Source: Sphingomonas paucimobilis
GTDB lineage: Bacteria > Pseudomonadota > Alphaproteobacteria > Sphingomonadales > Sphingomonadaceae
NCBI GenBank assembly: GCA_943370355.1
Contig: CALRQP020000008.1
Coordinates: 53,222-117,221 of the forward strand
Direction of reading: 5' to 3'
Length of the DNA: 64,000 nt
Both the position numbers and the translations under genes were made by a program. The notes beneath the pieces were generated by a model, which made no database searches, was not told where the DNA came from, and saw nothing but the letters and a program-made list of their open reading frames with translations. Shown here in pieces: positions 34,424 through 43,895 of this stretch; position 1 is the stretch's first letter; every line of letters begins with the position of its first letter.

Positions 34424-37400
34424 TTAGAACTTCAGGCGCGCCTGCACCGCAAAGCGGCGGCCCAGCGAGTCGTAGGTCGACGGGTAGGTGTTGCCGCTGT
34501 TGAAGGCGGTGGTACCGACACCCGTTCCGACCAGCGGCGGCTGCTTGTTGAGCAGGTTCTCCACCGTGACGGTCAGCGACAGATTGTCGTTCACCCCGAC
34601 GCGCGTCGACAGGTCGAAATAGTCGTACGCCTTGATGTGCTGGAAATCGACAGTCTGACCAACGGTCGAATTGCCGGCAGCAGTCGCGGCTGCAAGGCTG
34701 GAGCCGGAGTTCAAAACGCCTTGGAAGGCGCCGCCGTTGCCAGAGGCAATATCCAGAGGCTCCTGCTGAACCTTGTCGATGTGGCGCCACAGCAGCGAGA
34801 CGTCGATCTGCTTGAAGCTCAGCGTGGTGCGCTGCGACCACTGGAACTTCGGCTGAATCGAGCCGCAGTTCGCGCTGTAGTAGCCGGTGCACTCGCGGTT
34901 GACCGACGTCGGAACAAAGACGTTGGCGTTGAACTTCGAGTCGTGCGTGTAGTTGCCCGTGAAGGTCAGCCCCAGCTTGGCGAAGCCGATATCGCGGCTG
35001 TAGTTCGCCGAGACGTCGATACCGTCGGTCTTGAGCGAGCCAAGGTTCGACAGCGCGGTGGACAGGCCGGGCGTCGTTGCCGGATCGCCGTCAAGACCGC
35101 CGGTGATCGGGTTACGGCGGATGAGCGTGCAGGCCGGGTCGGTGGCGGCAGACGCCGACGGCGTGAAGTTGGCACCGGTCCGAGCCCCGAAGCAGGCCGT
35201 GATCGCATCAGCCGAAGACGGCGTGGTGATCGCACCCTTCACCTTGATGTTGTAGTAATCGACGGTGATCGAGAAGCCCGGGATCGCCGCCGGCTGGATC
35301 ACAGCACCGAAGGTGTAGGAGTTCGACGTTTCCGGCTTCACATTGACGTTGCCGCCCGAAGTCACATTGGCCTGGTTGGCAGTCGGGTTGGCGATGCTGC
35401 CGATATTCCCGGCCGTTGCGCCCTGAGCCAAGCAGACTGCGCGAAGATTTGCGGGCTGCGGGTTAGTGCGACCGGGGAGGGCCGCGCCCGCCGTGGTGAT
35501 GAGCGCGCACGGATCGTCGGTCAGCGTGGTCAGGCCCGTCGAAACCGGCGTGAACAGCTCACCGATGTTCGGGGCGCGAACGGCGTGGCTATAGTTGCCA
35601 CGCAGCTTCAGGCCATCGACCGGCTCCCAGCTGCCGCCCGCCTTGTAAGTCGTCGTCTTGTACGACGGCGACGACGGGGCATCGACCTTGTAGCTCGAGT
35701 AGCGCACGCCGGCTTCAAGCGTCAGGCTCTTGAAGAAGGGCTTATCCTGGACGAGCGGTGCAACCAACTCGCCGAAGGCTTCCCAAACGTCATAGCCACC
35801 GGTGATGTTCGGTGCAGCGCCACCGGCACCGCCCAGCTCACCCGGTGTCTGTGCCAGCGAGTCGGACCGCTGCGACGCCGTATATTTGCGATATTCAGTA
35901 CCGACGGCGATGCCGATCGGGTCCTGCGCCCAGGGAGCGGCAACACCGAAGTCGCCGCTGATCGTGCCACGGCCCTGTGCGAGCGAGGTCTTGACCAGCG
36001 TCGTGCTCTCACCCGTGATGTACGGGATCTGCCCGGCCGTGATCGAGCCTTCCGGCCCGAAGAAGTTGACCGGAACGCAGCCCGCGTTGCCGCTGAGGCA
36101 GGTCGTGGTGTTGGTCGCAAGCAGGCTGTCCCGGACCCGCGAGGTCAGAACATAGCCCTGCAGCGCCTGGCGGTTCTCCGACTCGCCGTACGACCCGTTG
36201 ACATCCCAATCGAGGCTGTCGGTCAGCTTGCCGCGAAGGCCGGCACGATAGTCGAAGATCGTCGTCGTGAACTGGCTGATGCGCGGCCCGATTTCCGTCG
36301 TGCGGCGGGAGAGCGTGACACCGGGGTTGACGTTGACGGCAGCCTCGCTGGCCTGGATAATGCCGTCCCCGTTTACATCGACCGGTGCCGTCGCATTGGT
36401 GCCGATCACGCGGTACGCAGGGTTGCTGGTAGTGGTTGCGGTCGCAGCCGCAGCGCATTCCGCCGGGGTGAAGCGAGGCTGATAGCCCGCGCCCGGATTG
36501 ACGTCGAATGCGCAAAACTGGTTGCGCAGCGTTGCCGGCAGATAGGGGTTGCTCAGCGGGATCTGCACCGCCGAACCGAACACACCCGACGGCGCGATGA
36601 TCGTGTTGACGGTGTTCTTCGAGAACAGCGCGCGGTTGTAGATCTCGACGTTGTCGGTGAACTCATACTTGCCCTGCGCGTAGATGTTGAAGCGCTTAAA
36701 CGGCGTCTGGTAGATGTTGTACGGGTTGAAGTTGAACAAATTGAACGTGGTCACCGCGGCGCCAGGCGTCGTGGACCCCGTGCGGGTGTCGATCTGACGG
36801 ACCGGACCGTTTGCGGTTGCCGGATTTACGTCCGGAGTCGTCGTGCCGGCGAGCAGCGGACGCGTGCCCGAGAAGCGCGTCGGGATCGAGGTGCCCGAAC
36901 CGCCGTAAGTGCCCGCGAAGGACGAAATATTGAACGCGCCGTAGTCGCGTGCGCCCTGATAGACCGGATCGGCTTCCTGATAGCCGATGCTGATCGTGGC
37001 GTTGCCCTTGCCGTCGTCGAAGTTGCCGCCGATGGTCAGGTCGGTGCGGAAGGTGTTGCCGTCACCCTTTTCGGTGATCTGCTCGGAAGCCGACACGTCG
37101 ACGCCCTGGAAGTCCTGCTTGGTGATGAAGTTCACAACGCCGGAAATGGCGTCGGCACCGTAGGTGGTCGAGGCACCGCCGGTCAGCACTTCGACGCGGT
37201 TGAGCAGCGCCAGCGGAATGTTGTTCAAGTCGACGCGACCGGCGAGGCCCGACGGGGCGATGCGGTAACCGTCCAGCAGGACGATGTTGCGGATCGAGCC
37301 GAGGCCGCGGAGGTTGACGAACGACGCGCCGCCGTTGCCATTGTTCACGGCCGAACCGATCGACGGAACGATGCCGGGGATTTCACGAAGAACCTCTTCG

Positions 37401-37645
37401 GCGACGTTCGACTGCTTGAGCTCGATCTCGTCCGACGTCGTAACCGTCACCGGCGCCGAGCGCTCGAGATTGGGGTTCTTGATCAGCGAGCCGGTGACGA
37501 CGATCTCTTCGTCGCCTGCAGCGGCTTCGTCAGCGGCGGCAACGGCCGTCTTGGCAGCCTGCGCGAAGGCGGGCGAAGCGAAAGCGGCGACGCCGACGAG
37601 AATCGTCGAGCGCAGCAGTGCGGTCTTCAGTGAATTATTCGACAT
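34424..37645 (-). CDS. TonB-dependent receptor (large, 1073 aa)
   Basis: Signal peptide, TonB-box-like EEIVVTGSLI, plug (NLRGLGSIRNIVLLDGYR, VEVLTGGASTTYGADAISGVVNFITK) and C-terminal FAVQARLKF. Confidence 0.9.
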   Translation of the reverse strand: MSNNSLKTALLRSTILVGVAAFASPAFAQAAKTAVAAADEAAAGDEEIVVTGSLIKNPNLERSAPVTVTTSDEIELKQSNVAEEVLREIPGIVPSIGSAVNNGNGGASFVNLRGLGSIRNIVLLDGYRIAPSGLAGRVDLNNIPLALLNRVEVLTGGASTTYGADAISGVVNFITKQDFQGVDVSASEQITEKGDGNTFRTDLTIGGNFDDGKGNATISIGYQEADPVYQGARDYGAFNISSFAGTYGGSGTSIPTRFSGTRPLLAGTTTPDVNPATANGPVRQIDTRTGSTTPGAAVTTFNLFNFNPYNIYQTPFKRFNIYAQGKYEFTDNVEIYNRALFSKNTVNTIIAPSGVFGSAVQIPLSNPYLPATLRNQFCAFDVNPGAGYQPRFTPAECAAAATATTTSNPAYRVIGTNATAPVDVNGDGIIQASEAAVNVNPGVTLSRRTTEIGPRISQFTTTIFDYRAGLRGKLTDSLDWDVNGSYGESENRQALQGYVLTSRVRDSLLATNTTTCLSGNAGCVPVNFFGPEGSITAGQIPYITGESTTLVKTSLAQGRGTISGDFGVAAPWAQDPIGIAVGTEYRKYTASQRSDSLAQTPGELGGAGGAAPNITGGYDVWEAFGELVAPLVQDKPFFKSLTLEAGVRYSSYKVDAPSSPSYKTTTYKAGGSWEPVDGLKLRGNYSHAVRAPNIGELFTPVSTGLTTLTDDPCALITTAGAALPGRTNPQPANLRAVCLAQGATAGNIGSIANPTANQANVTSGGNVNVKPETSNSYTFGAVIQPAAIPGFSITVDYYNIKVKGAITTPSSADAITACFGARTGANFTPSASAATDPACTLIRRNPITGGLDGDPATTPGLSTALSNLGSLKTDGIDVSANYSRDIGFAKLGLTFTGNYTHDSKFNANVFVPTSVNRECTGYYSANCGSIQPKFQWSQRTTLSFKQIDVSLLWRHIDKVQQEPLDIASGNGGAFQGVLNSGSSLAAATAAGNSTVGQTVDFQHIKAYDYFDLSTRVGVNDNLSLTVTVENLLNKQPPLVGTGVGTTAFNSGNTYPSTYDSLGRRFAVQARLKF

Positions 37646-37656
37646 GTCTGTCCCCT

Positions 37657-37734
37657 CATGAAAGCCCGCCGAAGCCCCCCTTCCCTGACGGAGGGCATGA
37701 AAGCCGACGGCACATGGGCCGCTGTATGAAAGGG
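37657..37734. repeat. three direct copies of (C/T)ATGAAAG(C/G)(C/G) in the receptor / periplasmic-protein divergent region
   Basis: CATGAAAGCC at 37657..37666 and 37696..37705; TATGAAAGGG at 37725..37734. On the receptor strand this reads GGCTTTCATG, and the last copy abuts the receptor RBS. Confidence 0.4.
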
Positions 37735-37863
37735 CGGTGGGGGTTCACGCAACTGTGCAGCGACTGCGGTTCACCGTTCCGTAAACACATGTTGCAAAAT
37801 CGACACATGCGATTGCGTGCCGGGTTGTGCCAGAAACCGGCGCGTCAAATGGGGAGACATATT

Positions 37864-38376
37864 ATGCGACCAGCAGCGATCCTGGCGGCCGGATTGGCGC
37901 TCGCGGCAACGGCGGCCATCGCCAAGGACACGCCGCCCTCGCCTTTGGTCAGCGCCCTCGTGGCCTGCAAATCGGAAACGGACGACGCCAAGCGCCTTGC
38001 TTGCTATGACCGCACAGCTGGCGCGCTCGCGGACGCGACCGCGAAAGGGCAAATTGCCGTCGTCGACCGCGAAGACGTCCGGAAGACTCGCCGGGCGCTG
38101 TTCGGATTCGTGCTGCCGAAGCTGCCCTTCTTCTCCGACGACGACAGTGCAAAGGACACGCCGGACGTCATCGAAACCACGGCGGAGTCGGTGCGGGCCC
38201 TCGGTTACGGCATGTATTCGATCACGATCGAGGACGGCGCGGTTTGGCGCACCACCGAAGTGTCGCGGCGCGATCCGAAGCCGGGCATGAAGATCAGGAT
38301 CAAGCGCGGCGCGCTCGGCGGCTATTTCCTGAGCATCGACGGCGCGGTTGCGGTTCGTGCTTCCCGCGTTGGCTGA
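37864..38376 (+). CDS. hypothetical periplasmic protein (Cys-x-RLACYD motif)
   Basis: 170 aa from ATG 37864 within ORF 37618..38376. A GGGGAGA RBS lies 6 nt upstream. Signal peptide MRPAAILAAGLALAATAAIA, then CKSETDDAKRLACYD. Confidence 0.65.
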   Translation: MRPAAILAAGLALAATAAIAKDTPPSPLVSALVACKSETDDAKRLACYDRTAGALADATAKGQIAVVDREDVRKTRRALFGFVLPKLPFFSDDDSAKDTPDVIETTAESVRALGYGMYSITIEDGAVWRTTEVSRRDPKPGMKIRIKRGALGGYFLSIDGAVAVRASRVG

Positions 38377-38386
38377 GGCCGGCTGC

Positions 38387-39568
38387 GTGGCTGACGACCC
38401 GCAACAGCTCAACGCGCTGGGCGTCCGCGCGCTCAATGACGGCGACGCGGCGACCGCTGCGCCGCTGTTCGCGCGGGCGGCAGCCGCCGATCCGCAGGCG
38501 ATTGCCCTGTGGATCAACCTTGCCAAGGCGCAACGCCTGCTCGGCGACGATGCCGGCGAGCTGCGCAGCCTCGACAAGGCGCTGGCAATCGATGGCCTGC
38601 ACCTGATGGCGTTGGTCCGGAAGGCGGAACTGCATGAGCGGCTTGGCGAAATGCCGCAGGCCAGCCGGAACTGGTCAGGCGCGCTCGCCGTGGCACCGCC
38701 GTTCGAGCAGCTGCCGCCTGCGCTTGCCGCACGGCTGACCGAAGCAAGGGCGTTTGTAACGCGGCACACCGAGGCATTTGGCCAGACAATTGACGCCGGC
38801 CTTGCGTCAGCGCGCGCCACTGCCGACCCGCAAACGCTCCGCCGCTTCAATGCCGCCGTGGACGCGTCGGTCGGACGCCGCCGCATTTACGCAAACGAAT
38901 GCGCCGGCTTGCATTACCCCTTCCTACCCGCCGACGAGTTTTTCGAACGGCATCATTTCCCGTGGCTCGAGAAAATCGAGGCGGCGACACCGGCGATCCG
39001 CGCCGAAATCGAATCGCTGCTACGGGACGGCGATGAAGGGTTCGCACCCTATGTCTCGATGGATCCCGGCACGCCCGAGAACAAATGGACGCCGCTCGAC
39101 AATTCGCTCGCCTGGAGCGCCTATTATCTGTGGAAATATGGCGAGCCGGTCCGGCACGCGCTCAAGCGCTGCCCGGCGACAGCGGCAGCGCTTGAATTGC
39201 TGCCGCGTGCTGATCTGCCGGGACGTGCGCCAACCGCCTTCTTCTCAGTCCTGAAGCCGCGCACCCACATCCCGCCGCACACCGGCGTCAGCAACACCCG
39301 CACGATCGTGCACCTGCCGCTGATCGTGCCCCCCGGTTGCAGCTTTCGCGTTGGCGGCGAAACGCGCGTATGGAAGGTCGGCGAGGCGTTTGCGTTCGAC
39401 GACACGATTGAACACGAAGCCCGGAACGACAGCGACGAGATACGCGCGGTGCTGATCTTCGACGTGTGGAATCCGCACATCACCGAGCCGGAGCGCGAAC
39501 TGCTGCGCGAATTCTTCCGCACTGCAGATGCCAGCGGCTTCGACCCCAATCCGCGCGAGGCGGGGTGA
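38387..39568 (+). CDS. TPR-repeat / aspartyl-asparaginyl beta-hydroxylase family protein
   Basis: ORF 38348..39568. N-terminal TPRs and a C-terminal AspH/LpxO-like 2OG-oxygenase domain (FSVLKPRTHIPPHTGVSNTRTIVHLPLIVP, FDDTIEHEARN). The start is uncertain: GTG 38387 or TTG 38348. Confidence 0.85.
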   Translation: MADDPQQLNALGVRALNDGDAATAAPLFARAAAADPQAIALWINLAKAQRLLGDDAGELRSLDKALAIDGLHLMALVRKAELHERLGEMPQASRNWSGALAVAPPFEQLPPALAARLTEARAFVTRHTEAFGQTIDAGLASARATADPQTLRRFNAAVDASVGRRRIYANECAGLHYPFLPADEFFERHHFPWLEKIEAATPAIRAEIESLLRDGDEGFAPYVSMDPGTPENKWTPLDNSLAWSAYYLWKYGEPVRHALKRCPATAAALELLPRADLPGRAPTAFFSVLKPRTHIPPHTGVSNTRTIVHLPLIVPPGCSFRVGGETRVWKVGEAFAFDDTIEHEARNDSDEIRAVLIFDVWNPHITEPERELLREFFRTADASGFDPNPREAG

Positions 39569-39615
39569 CAACAAGCGGCGCTCGCTGACCTTTGGCGTAG
39601 GCCGGCACCAAGCGT

Positions 39616-41169
39616 CTAAGCCGCGCGCGAACCTTCCAGCAATGCCGAACGGCGGCGTTGCACGCTCGACCCGAGCCCCAGCGACTCGCGGTACTTGGCG
39701 ACCGTACGGCGGGCGATGTCGAAGCCTTCGCCGCGCAGCACGTCGACGAGCTTGTCGTCGCTGAGGATCGTCGAAGCCGTCTCCGCCCCGATCAGCGCGC
39801 GGATGCGCGATTTGACCGCCTCTGACGAGACCGCATCCTCGTCGCCCGCGCCCTGAATCGCGCTGGTGAAGAAATATTTGAGTTCATAGAGCCCGCGCTC
39901 GCACGACAGATATTTGTTCGAGGTCACCCGGCTGACCGTCGATTCGTGCATCGAGATCGCATCGGCGATGGCGCGCAGGTTGAGCGGCTTCATGCGCGAC
40001 ACCCCCTGCTCGAAAAAGCCCTGCTGCTGGCGGACGATCTCGGTCGCGACGCGCACGATGGTGCGGGCGCGCTGGTCGAGCGCCTTCGCGAGCCAGTTCG
40101 CCGATTGCAGGCAGTCCGACAGGTAATTTTTCGCCTCCCGCCCCGAGGCGCGTGCCGTGAGTTCGGCATAATAGCTGCGGTTGACGAGCAGGCGCGGCAG
40201 CGTCGCCGAATTGAGTTCAACTGCCCAGCCGCCGACGGGCAGCCGCGCCACGAAAATATCGGGAACGACCGACTGGGTCCGCTCCCCGCCATAAACGAGA
40301 CCCGGCTTCGGATTATAGGCGCGCAGCTCGCGCACCATGTCGGTCAGATCCTCCTGATCGACGCCGCAGATCCGGCGGAGCGCCGCCATGTCGCCGCGCG
40401 CCAGCACTTCGAGATTGGCGAGCAGTTTGGCCATCGCGGGGTCATAGCGGTCGGCCTCGCGCGCCTGCAGCGCCAGGCATTCGCCGAGCGACCGCGCACC
40501 GACGCCGGTCGGCTCGAACCCTTGGATGACCGCAAGCACACGTTCAACATGCGCGCTGTCGGTGCCGAGCCGGAGCGCCACCTCGGCGATCGGGCCGGTC
40601 AGATAACCGGATTCGTCGATGAGATCGATCAGATGGCGCGCGATGATGAGGTCGGCCCCGTCCAGCGCGAGCTGCGCCTGATCGATAAGCACCTCGCAGA
40701 GCGAGCGCTCCTCCGACAGCATCGATTCGAAACCATCGGACGGCGCCTCGCCGCCGCCGGCGCTCGCGCCATTGAGACCCAGCCCGCCGTCGAGCCCCTG
40801 CCCGCCGCCATCGACGATGCTGTCCGAGCCACTGTCGTGATGGAAGGTCTCGGCGTTGAAGTCGCAGTCGAGCGGCGAGTCGGCCACCGCGTCACCTGTC
40901 GCCATGAGCTGGTCAGCAGTCGCGGGGTCGGGCGTGTCGAAATCCACGTCGAAATCCGCGTCGCCGCCGTCGCCGTCGGACTCGGCAACCGGCTCAAGCG
41001 GCCCGTCCTCGGACGCGGCTTCCAGCAGCGGGTTCTTCTCGATCTCGGCGGCCATGAAGGCCTCGATCTCGAGGTTGGTCAGCGTCAGCAGCTTGATCGC
41101 CTGCTGCAGCTGGGGGGTCATCACCAGCTGCTGTGTCTGCCGCAGATCGAGGCGTGGCCCCAGGCCCAT
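39616..41169 (-). CDS. rpoN: RNA polymerase sigma-54 factor
   Basis: 517 aa. N-terminal LRQTQQLVMTPQLQQAIKLL, an acidic region, and the C-terminal RpoN box ARRTVAKYRE. Confidence 0.95.
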   Translation of the reverse strand: MGLGPRLDLRQTQQLVMTPQLQQAIKLLTLTNLEIEAFMAAEIEKNPLLEAASEDGPLEPVAESDGDGGDADFDVDFDTPDPATADQLMATGDAVADSPLDCDFNAETFHHDSGSDSIVDGGGQGLDGGLGLNGASAGGGEAPSDGFESMLSEERSLCEVLIDQAQLALDGADLIIARHLIDLIDESGYLTGPIAEVALRLGTDSAHVERVLAVIQGFEPTGVGARSLGECLALQAREADRYDPAMAKLLANLEVLARGDMAALRRICGVDQEDLTDMVRELRAYNPKPGLVYGGERTQSVVPDIFVARLPVGGWAVELNSATLPRLLVNRSYYAELTARASGREAKNYLSDCLQSANWLAKALDQRARTIVRVATEIVRQQQGFFEQGVSRMKPLNLRAIADAISMHESTVSRVTSNKYLSCERGLYELKYFFTSAIQGAGDEDAVSSEAVKSRIRALIGAETASTILSDDKLVDVLRGEGFDIARRTVAKYRESLGLGSSVQRRRSALLEGSRAA

Positions 41170-41171
41170 GG

Positions 41172-41930
41172 CTAGAGACTGAAGCTTTCGCCGAGATAGA
41201 CGCGGCGCACGTCTTCGTTGGCGACGAGGTCCTCGGGCGTGCCCTCGAACAGCACCCGGCCATCATAGATGATGCAGGCGCGATCGACGATGTCGAGCGT
41301 CTCGCGGACATTATGGTCGGTAATCAGCACGCCGATGTCGCGGTCCTTCAAATGCCGGACGAGGTCGCGAATGTCGGAGATCGAGATCGGGTCGATGCCG
41401 GCAAAGGGCTCGTCGAGCAGCATGATCGACGGCGTCGCGGCCAGCGCCCGCGCGATCTCGCAACGCCGCCGCTCACCGCCCGAAAGTGCCATCGCCGGCG
41501 CGGCGCGCAGGCGGGCGATCGAGAATTCGTCCAGCAACTGCTCAAGACGGGCCGCGCGCGCATCGGCATCGGACTCAACGACCTCAAGCACCGCCATGAT
41601 ATTCTGCTCGACAGTCAGACCGCGGAAAATCGATGTCTCCTGCGGCAGATAGCCGAGGCCGAGGGCCGCGCGCCGGTACATCGGCAGGCCGGTGACGTCC
41701 TGCCCGTCGAGCATGATGCGGCCCTGGTCGGGCATCGCGAGGCCCATGATCGAATAGAAGCAGGTGGTCTTCCCCGCGCCGTTCGGGCCGAGCAGCCCGA
41801 CGACTTCGCCGCGATCGACCGACAGCGACACGTCGCGCAGCACGACACGCTTGTCGTAGCGCTTGCCGATCGACACGACGGCCAGGCCATTGTCGGCCCC
41901 CGTCGCGCCCGCGGCGCGCTTGCCCGTCAT
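41172..41930 (-). CDS. lptB: LPS export ABC transporter ATP-binding protein
   Basis: ORF 41172..42011, ATG at 41930. Walker A GPNGAGKTT, signature LSGGERRR. Located next to rpoN as usual. Confidence 0.95.
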   Translation of the reverse strand: MTGKRAAGATGADNGLAVVSIGKRYDKRVVLRDVSLSVDRGEVVGLLGPNGAGKTTCFYSIMGLAMPDQGRIMLDGQDVTGLPMYRRAALGLGYLPQETSIFRGLTVEQNIMAVLEVVESDADARAARLEQLLDEFSIARLRAAPAMALSGGERRRCEIARALAATPSIMLLDEPFAGIDPISISDIRDLVRHLKDRDIGVLITDHNVRETLDIVDRACIIYDGRVLFEGTPEDLVANEDVRRVYLGESFSL

Positions 41931-42066
41931 CAGCTCTGCATCCGCCACGGTCACCTCAACGCCTCGCCAGCACGGCACTCCGGACCGGTTGGCGCGGTTC
42001 GTGCATATCAAGCGAGAGATTACCGCCCTGGCAATGGACGCGGCAAGCGAAACCGCGCGGCGCTAC

Positions 42067-42609
42067 CTATTTTCCGGTGCGTTGTGGCACGACGAACCGC
42101 CCGGTCACGCGGCCACTGCTCGCCGATGTGCTGCCGCCCGACGACGCACCGTCGAGCGTCGAGCGGCCGCTGTCGAGGTCGATGGTCAGCCGCTGGCCGC
42201 GCAGCACCGAATCGCCGCGGTTGAGCACGACGCCGCCAATCATCGTCAGCACGCGCTGGTCGACATCATAAACGCCGTAGGATGAGGTCGCGCGTTCCGA
42301 CGGGCTGACCAGCGAGAAGCCGCCCTTCGCGTCGATGCGCAGGATCGTCGGATTGCCGCCCGCGCCCTTCTCATAGAACACCCGCAGCTCGGCAGCGGCG
42401 AGGTTCATGTCCTGCTGTTTCGCCTTCACCGCGCCGGAGAAGATCGCGACATTTTCCTTGTCGCGCACCTCGATGCGCTGCGCATCGATGTCGATCGGCG
42501 CGTTGGTGTCATGCCCCTTCAGCGCCGAACCGCCGAGACCCTGTGCGAGCACAGGCGTGGCGGCCAGGACGAGGGCGGAAAGCAGGGCGGGGCGCAGCAT
42601 GCGGCTCAT
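42067..42609 (-). CDS. lptA: LPS transport periplasmic protein LptA (OstA-like)
   Basis: 180 aa with a signal peptide and an OstA N-domain pattern (IDIDAQRIEVRDKENVAIFSGAVKAKQ). Confidence 0.85.
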   Translation of the reverse strand: MSRMLRPALLSALVLAATPVLAQGLGGSALKGHDTNAPIDIDAQRIEVRDKENVAIFSGAVKAKQQDMNLAAAELRVFYEKGAGGNPTILRIDAKGGFSLVSPSERATSSYGVYDVDQRVLTMIGGVVLNRGDSVLRGQRLTIDLDSGRSTLDGASSGGSTSASSGRVTGRFVVPQRTGK

Positions 42610-43244
42610 CTGCCGTGTTGCCGGTCGATGTGCAAGGACGCGCCGCCGTCCAATGTGACAATGCGGCCCCGCACATCGGCACGCAGCCGGCCAGCCTTGA
42701 AGGAGCCCAGCGGCACGCGCCCATCAACGGCACCACCGCTCGCCACCTGCCGCGTCGCCAGATCGACCGTCACGTCGCGCGTTTCAAGCCGCGTGCCATC
42801 GGCAGCCGAAAAGCGCACCGGGCCGACCGTCGCGACCTGCTCGCGCTTGATGTCATAGCGCCCCGCATCGGCGACGACGCGCGACGGCCCGTCCTTCGCC
42901 GCGAGCTCGGCGGTGATGCCGGAGAGTTCGACGACCGGAGTCGCCGAATTGCGCTGCAGCGCACGGGCCGCGGAAATGACGAACTTCTGTCCTTTGGTGT
43001 CCTCGCCGCGGTAGATCGCGCGCTCGACGAGCAGCCGCTCCTTAGCGCTGCCGACCTGATCCTTCGACAGCAGGAAGGAGAACTCCTCCTGCGCGGTCAG
43101 CGGCAGGATCAGGAAGGTCAGCGCCAGCGCCCCTGCCGCAACGGGCAGCGCGATCTTCAGCACGGTCATCCAGCGGTCGAAGCTGCTGCCCGGCCGGGCG
43201 GCGCGCTGACGCGCGGTATAATGGGCAGGCGCGGGCAAGGTCAC
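42606..43244 (-). CDS. lptC: LPS export system protein LptC
   Basis: 212 aa with one TM anchor then a beta-jellyroll-like sequence. Its stop overlaps the lptA start. GTG start. Confidence 0.8.
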   Translation of the reverse strand: MTLPAPAHYTARQRAARPGSSFDRWMTVLKIALPVAAGALALTFLILPLTAQEEFSFLLSKDQVGSAKERLLVERAIYRGEDTKGQKFVISAARALQRNSATPVVELSGITAELAAKDGPSRVVADAGRYDIKREQVATVGPVRFSAADGTRLETRDVTVDLATRQVASGGAVDGRVPLGSFKAGRLRADVRGRIVTLDGGASLHIDRQHGR

Positions 43245-43248
43245 GGGA

Positions 43249-43863
43249 TCAGACGTGCGCGAAAATGTCGATTTCGGGCCAGCCGGCCAGATCCAGTTCG
43301 GCGCGGTGCGGCAGGAAGTCGAAACAGGCTTGCGCCAGTTCGGTCCGCCCCTCGCGCGCCAGCCGCTCCTCGAGCAACTCCTTCAGCCGGTGCAGAAAAC
43401 GCACGTCGGACGCCGCATATTCCTTCTGCGCATCGCTCAGCACGGGGGCACCCCAATCGGATGACTGCTGCTGCTTGGAAATGTCGATGCCGAGCAGTTC
43501 GCGGACCAACTCCTTCAGGCCATGCCGGTCCGTATAGGTTCGGATCAGCCGCGACGCGGTCTTGGTGCAGAACACCGGCCCGGCCATCACGCCCAGATAT
43601 TGTTTCATGATCGACAGGTCGAAGCGCGCGAAATGATAGAGTTTCAGCCGCGCCGGATCGGCGAGCACCGACTTCAGCACCGGCGCGTCATACTGGCCGG
43701 GATCGAAGCGCACGAGATGCTCGTCGCCCTGCCCGTCGGACAGCTGCACGAGGCACAGCCGGTCGCGGAAATTGTTGAGGCCCATCGCCTCGGTATCGAC
43801 CGCGATCGCGCCCGGCGCGAACACGTCATGGGGCAGGTCGCCCTCGTGCAGGTGGATCGTCAT
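43249..43863 (-). CDS. ribonuclease D-like 3'-5' exonuclease (DEDDy, short form)
   Basis: 204 aa with AVDTEAMGL, LYHFARFDL and YAASDVRFL motifs. Confidence 0.85.
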   Translation of the reverse strand: MTIHLHEGDLPHDVFAPGAIAVDTEAMGLNNFRDRLCLVQLSDGQGDEHLVRFDPGQYDAPVLKSVLADPARLKLYHFARFDLSIMKQYLGVMAGPVFCTKTASRLIRTYTDRHGLKELVRELLGIDISKQQQSSDWGAPVLSDAQKEYAASDVRFLHRLKELLEERLAREGRTELAQACFDFLPHRAELDLAGWPEIDIFAHV

Positions 43864-43895
43864 TGCGGCTGGTTAGGCCGGGAGGCTGCGAAAAG

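Noticed and set aside
34331-37633. Very long antisense or alternative-frame ORFs: 34331..37633 + (1100 aa), 24932..27190 - (752 aa), 2091..4136 - (681 aa), 9173..11290 + (705 aa), 7102..9057 - (651 aa), 58514..60115 +, 39946..41175 +, and many others.
   Set aside because: Each lies opposite or out of frame to a gene with unmistakable family motifs (TonB receptor, dnaK, feoB and so on). They translate to Arg/Ala/Gly/Pro-rich low-complexity sequence, which is the usual stop-codon-poor shadow-ORF artefact of 65% GC DNA.
37740-37790. Cobalamin-riboswitch-like core in the large TonB receptor leader (minus strand GGAACGGTGAACCGCAG...CACAGTTG).
   Set aside because: Only a partial match to the GGGAA...GGTG.AA.TCC...CCCGC.ACTGT core, and no B12 box downstream. 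It needs a covariance-model scan before any claim.
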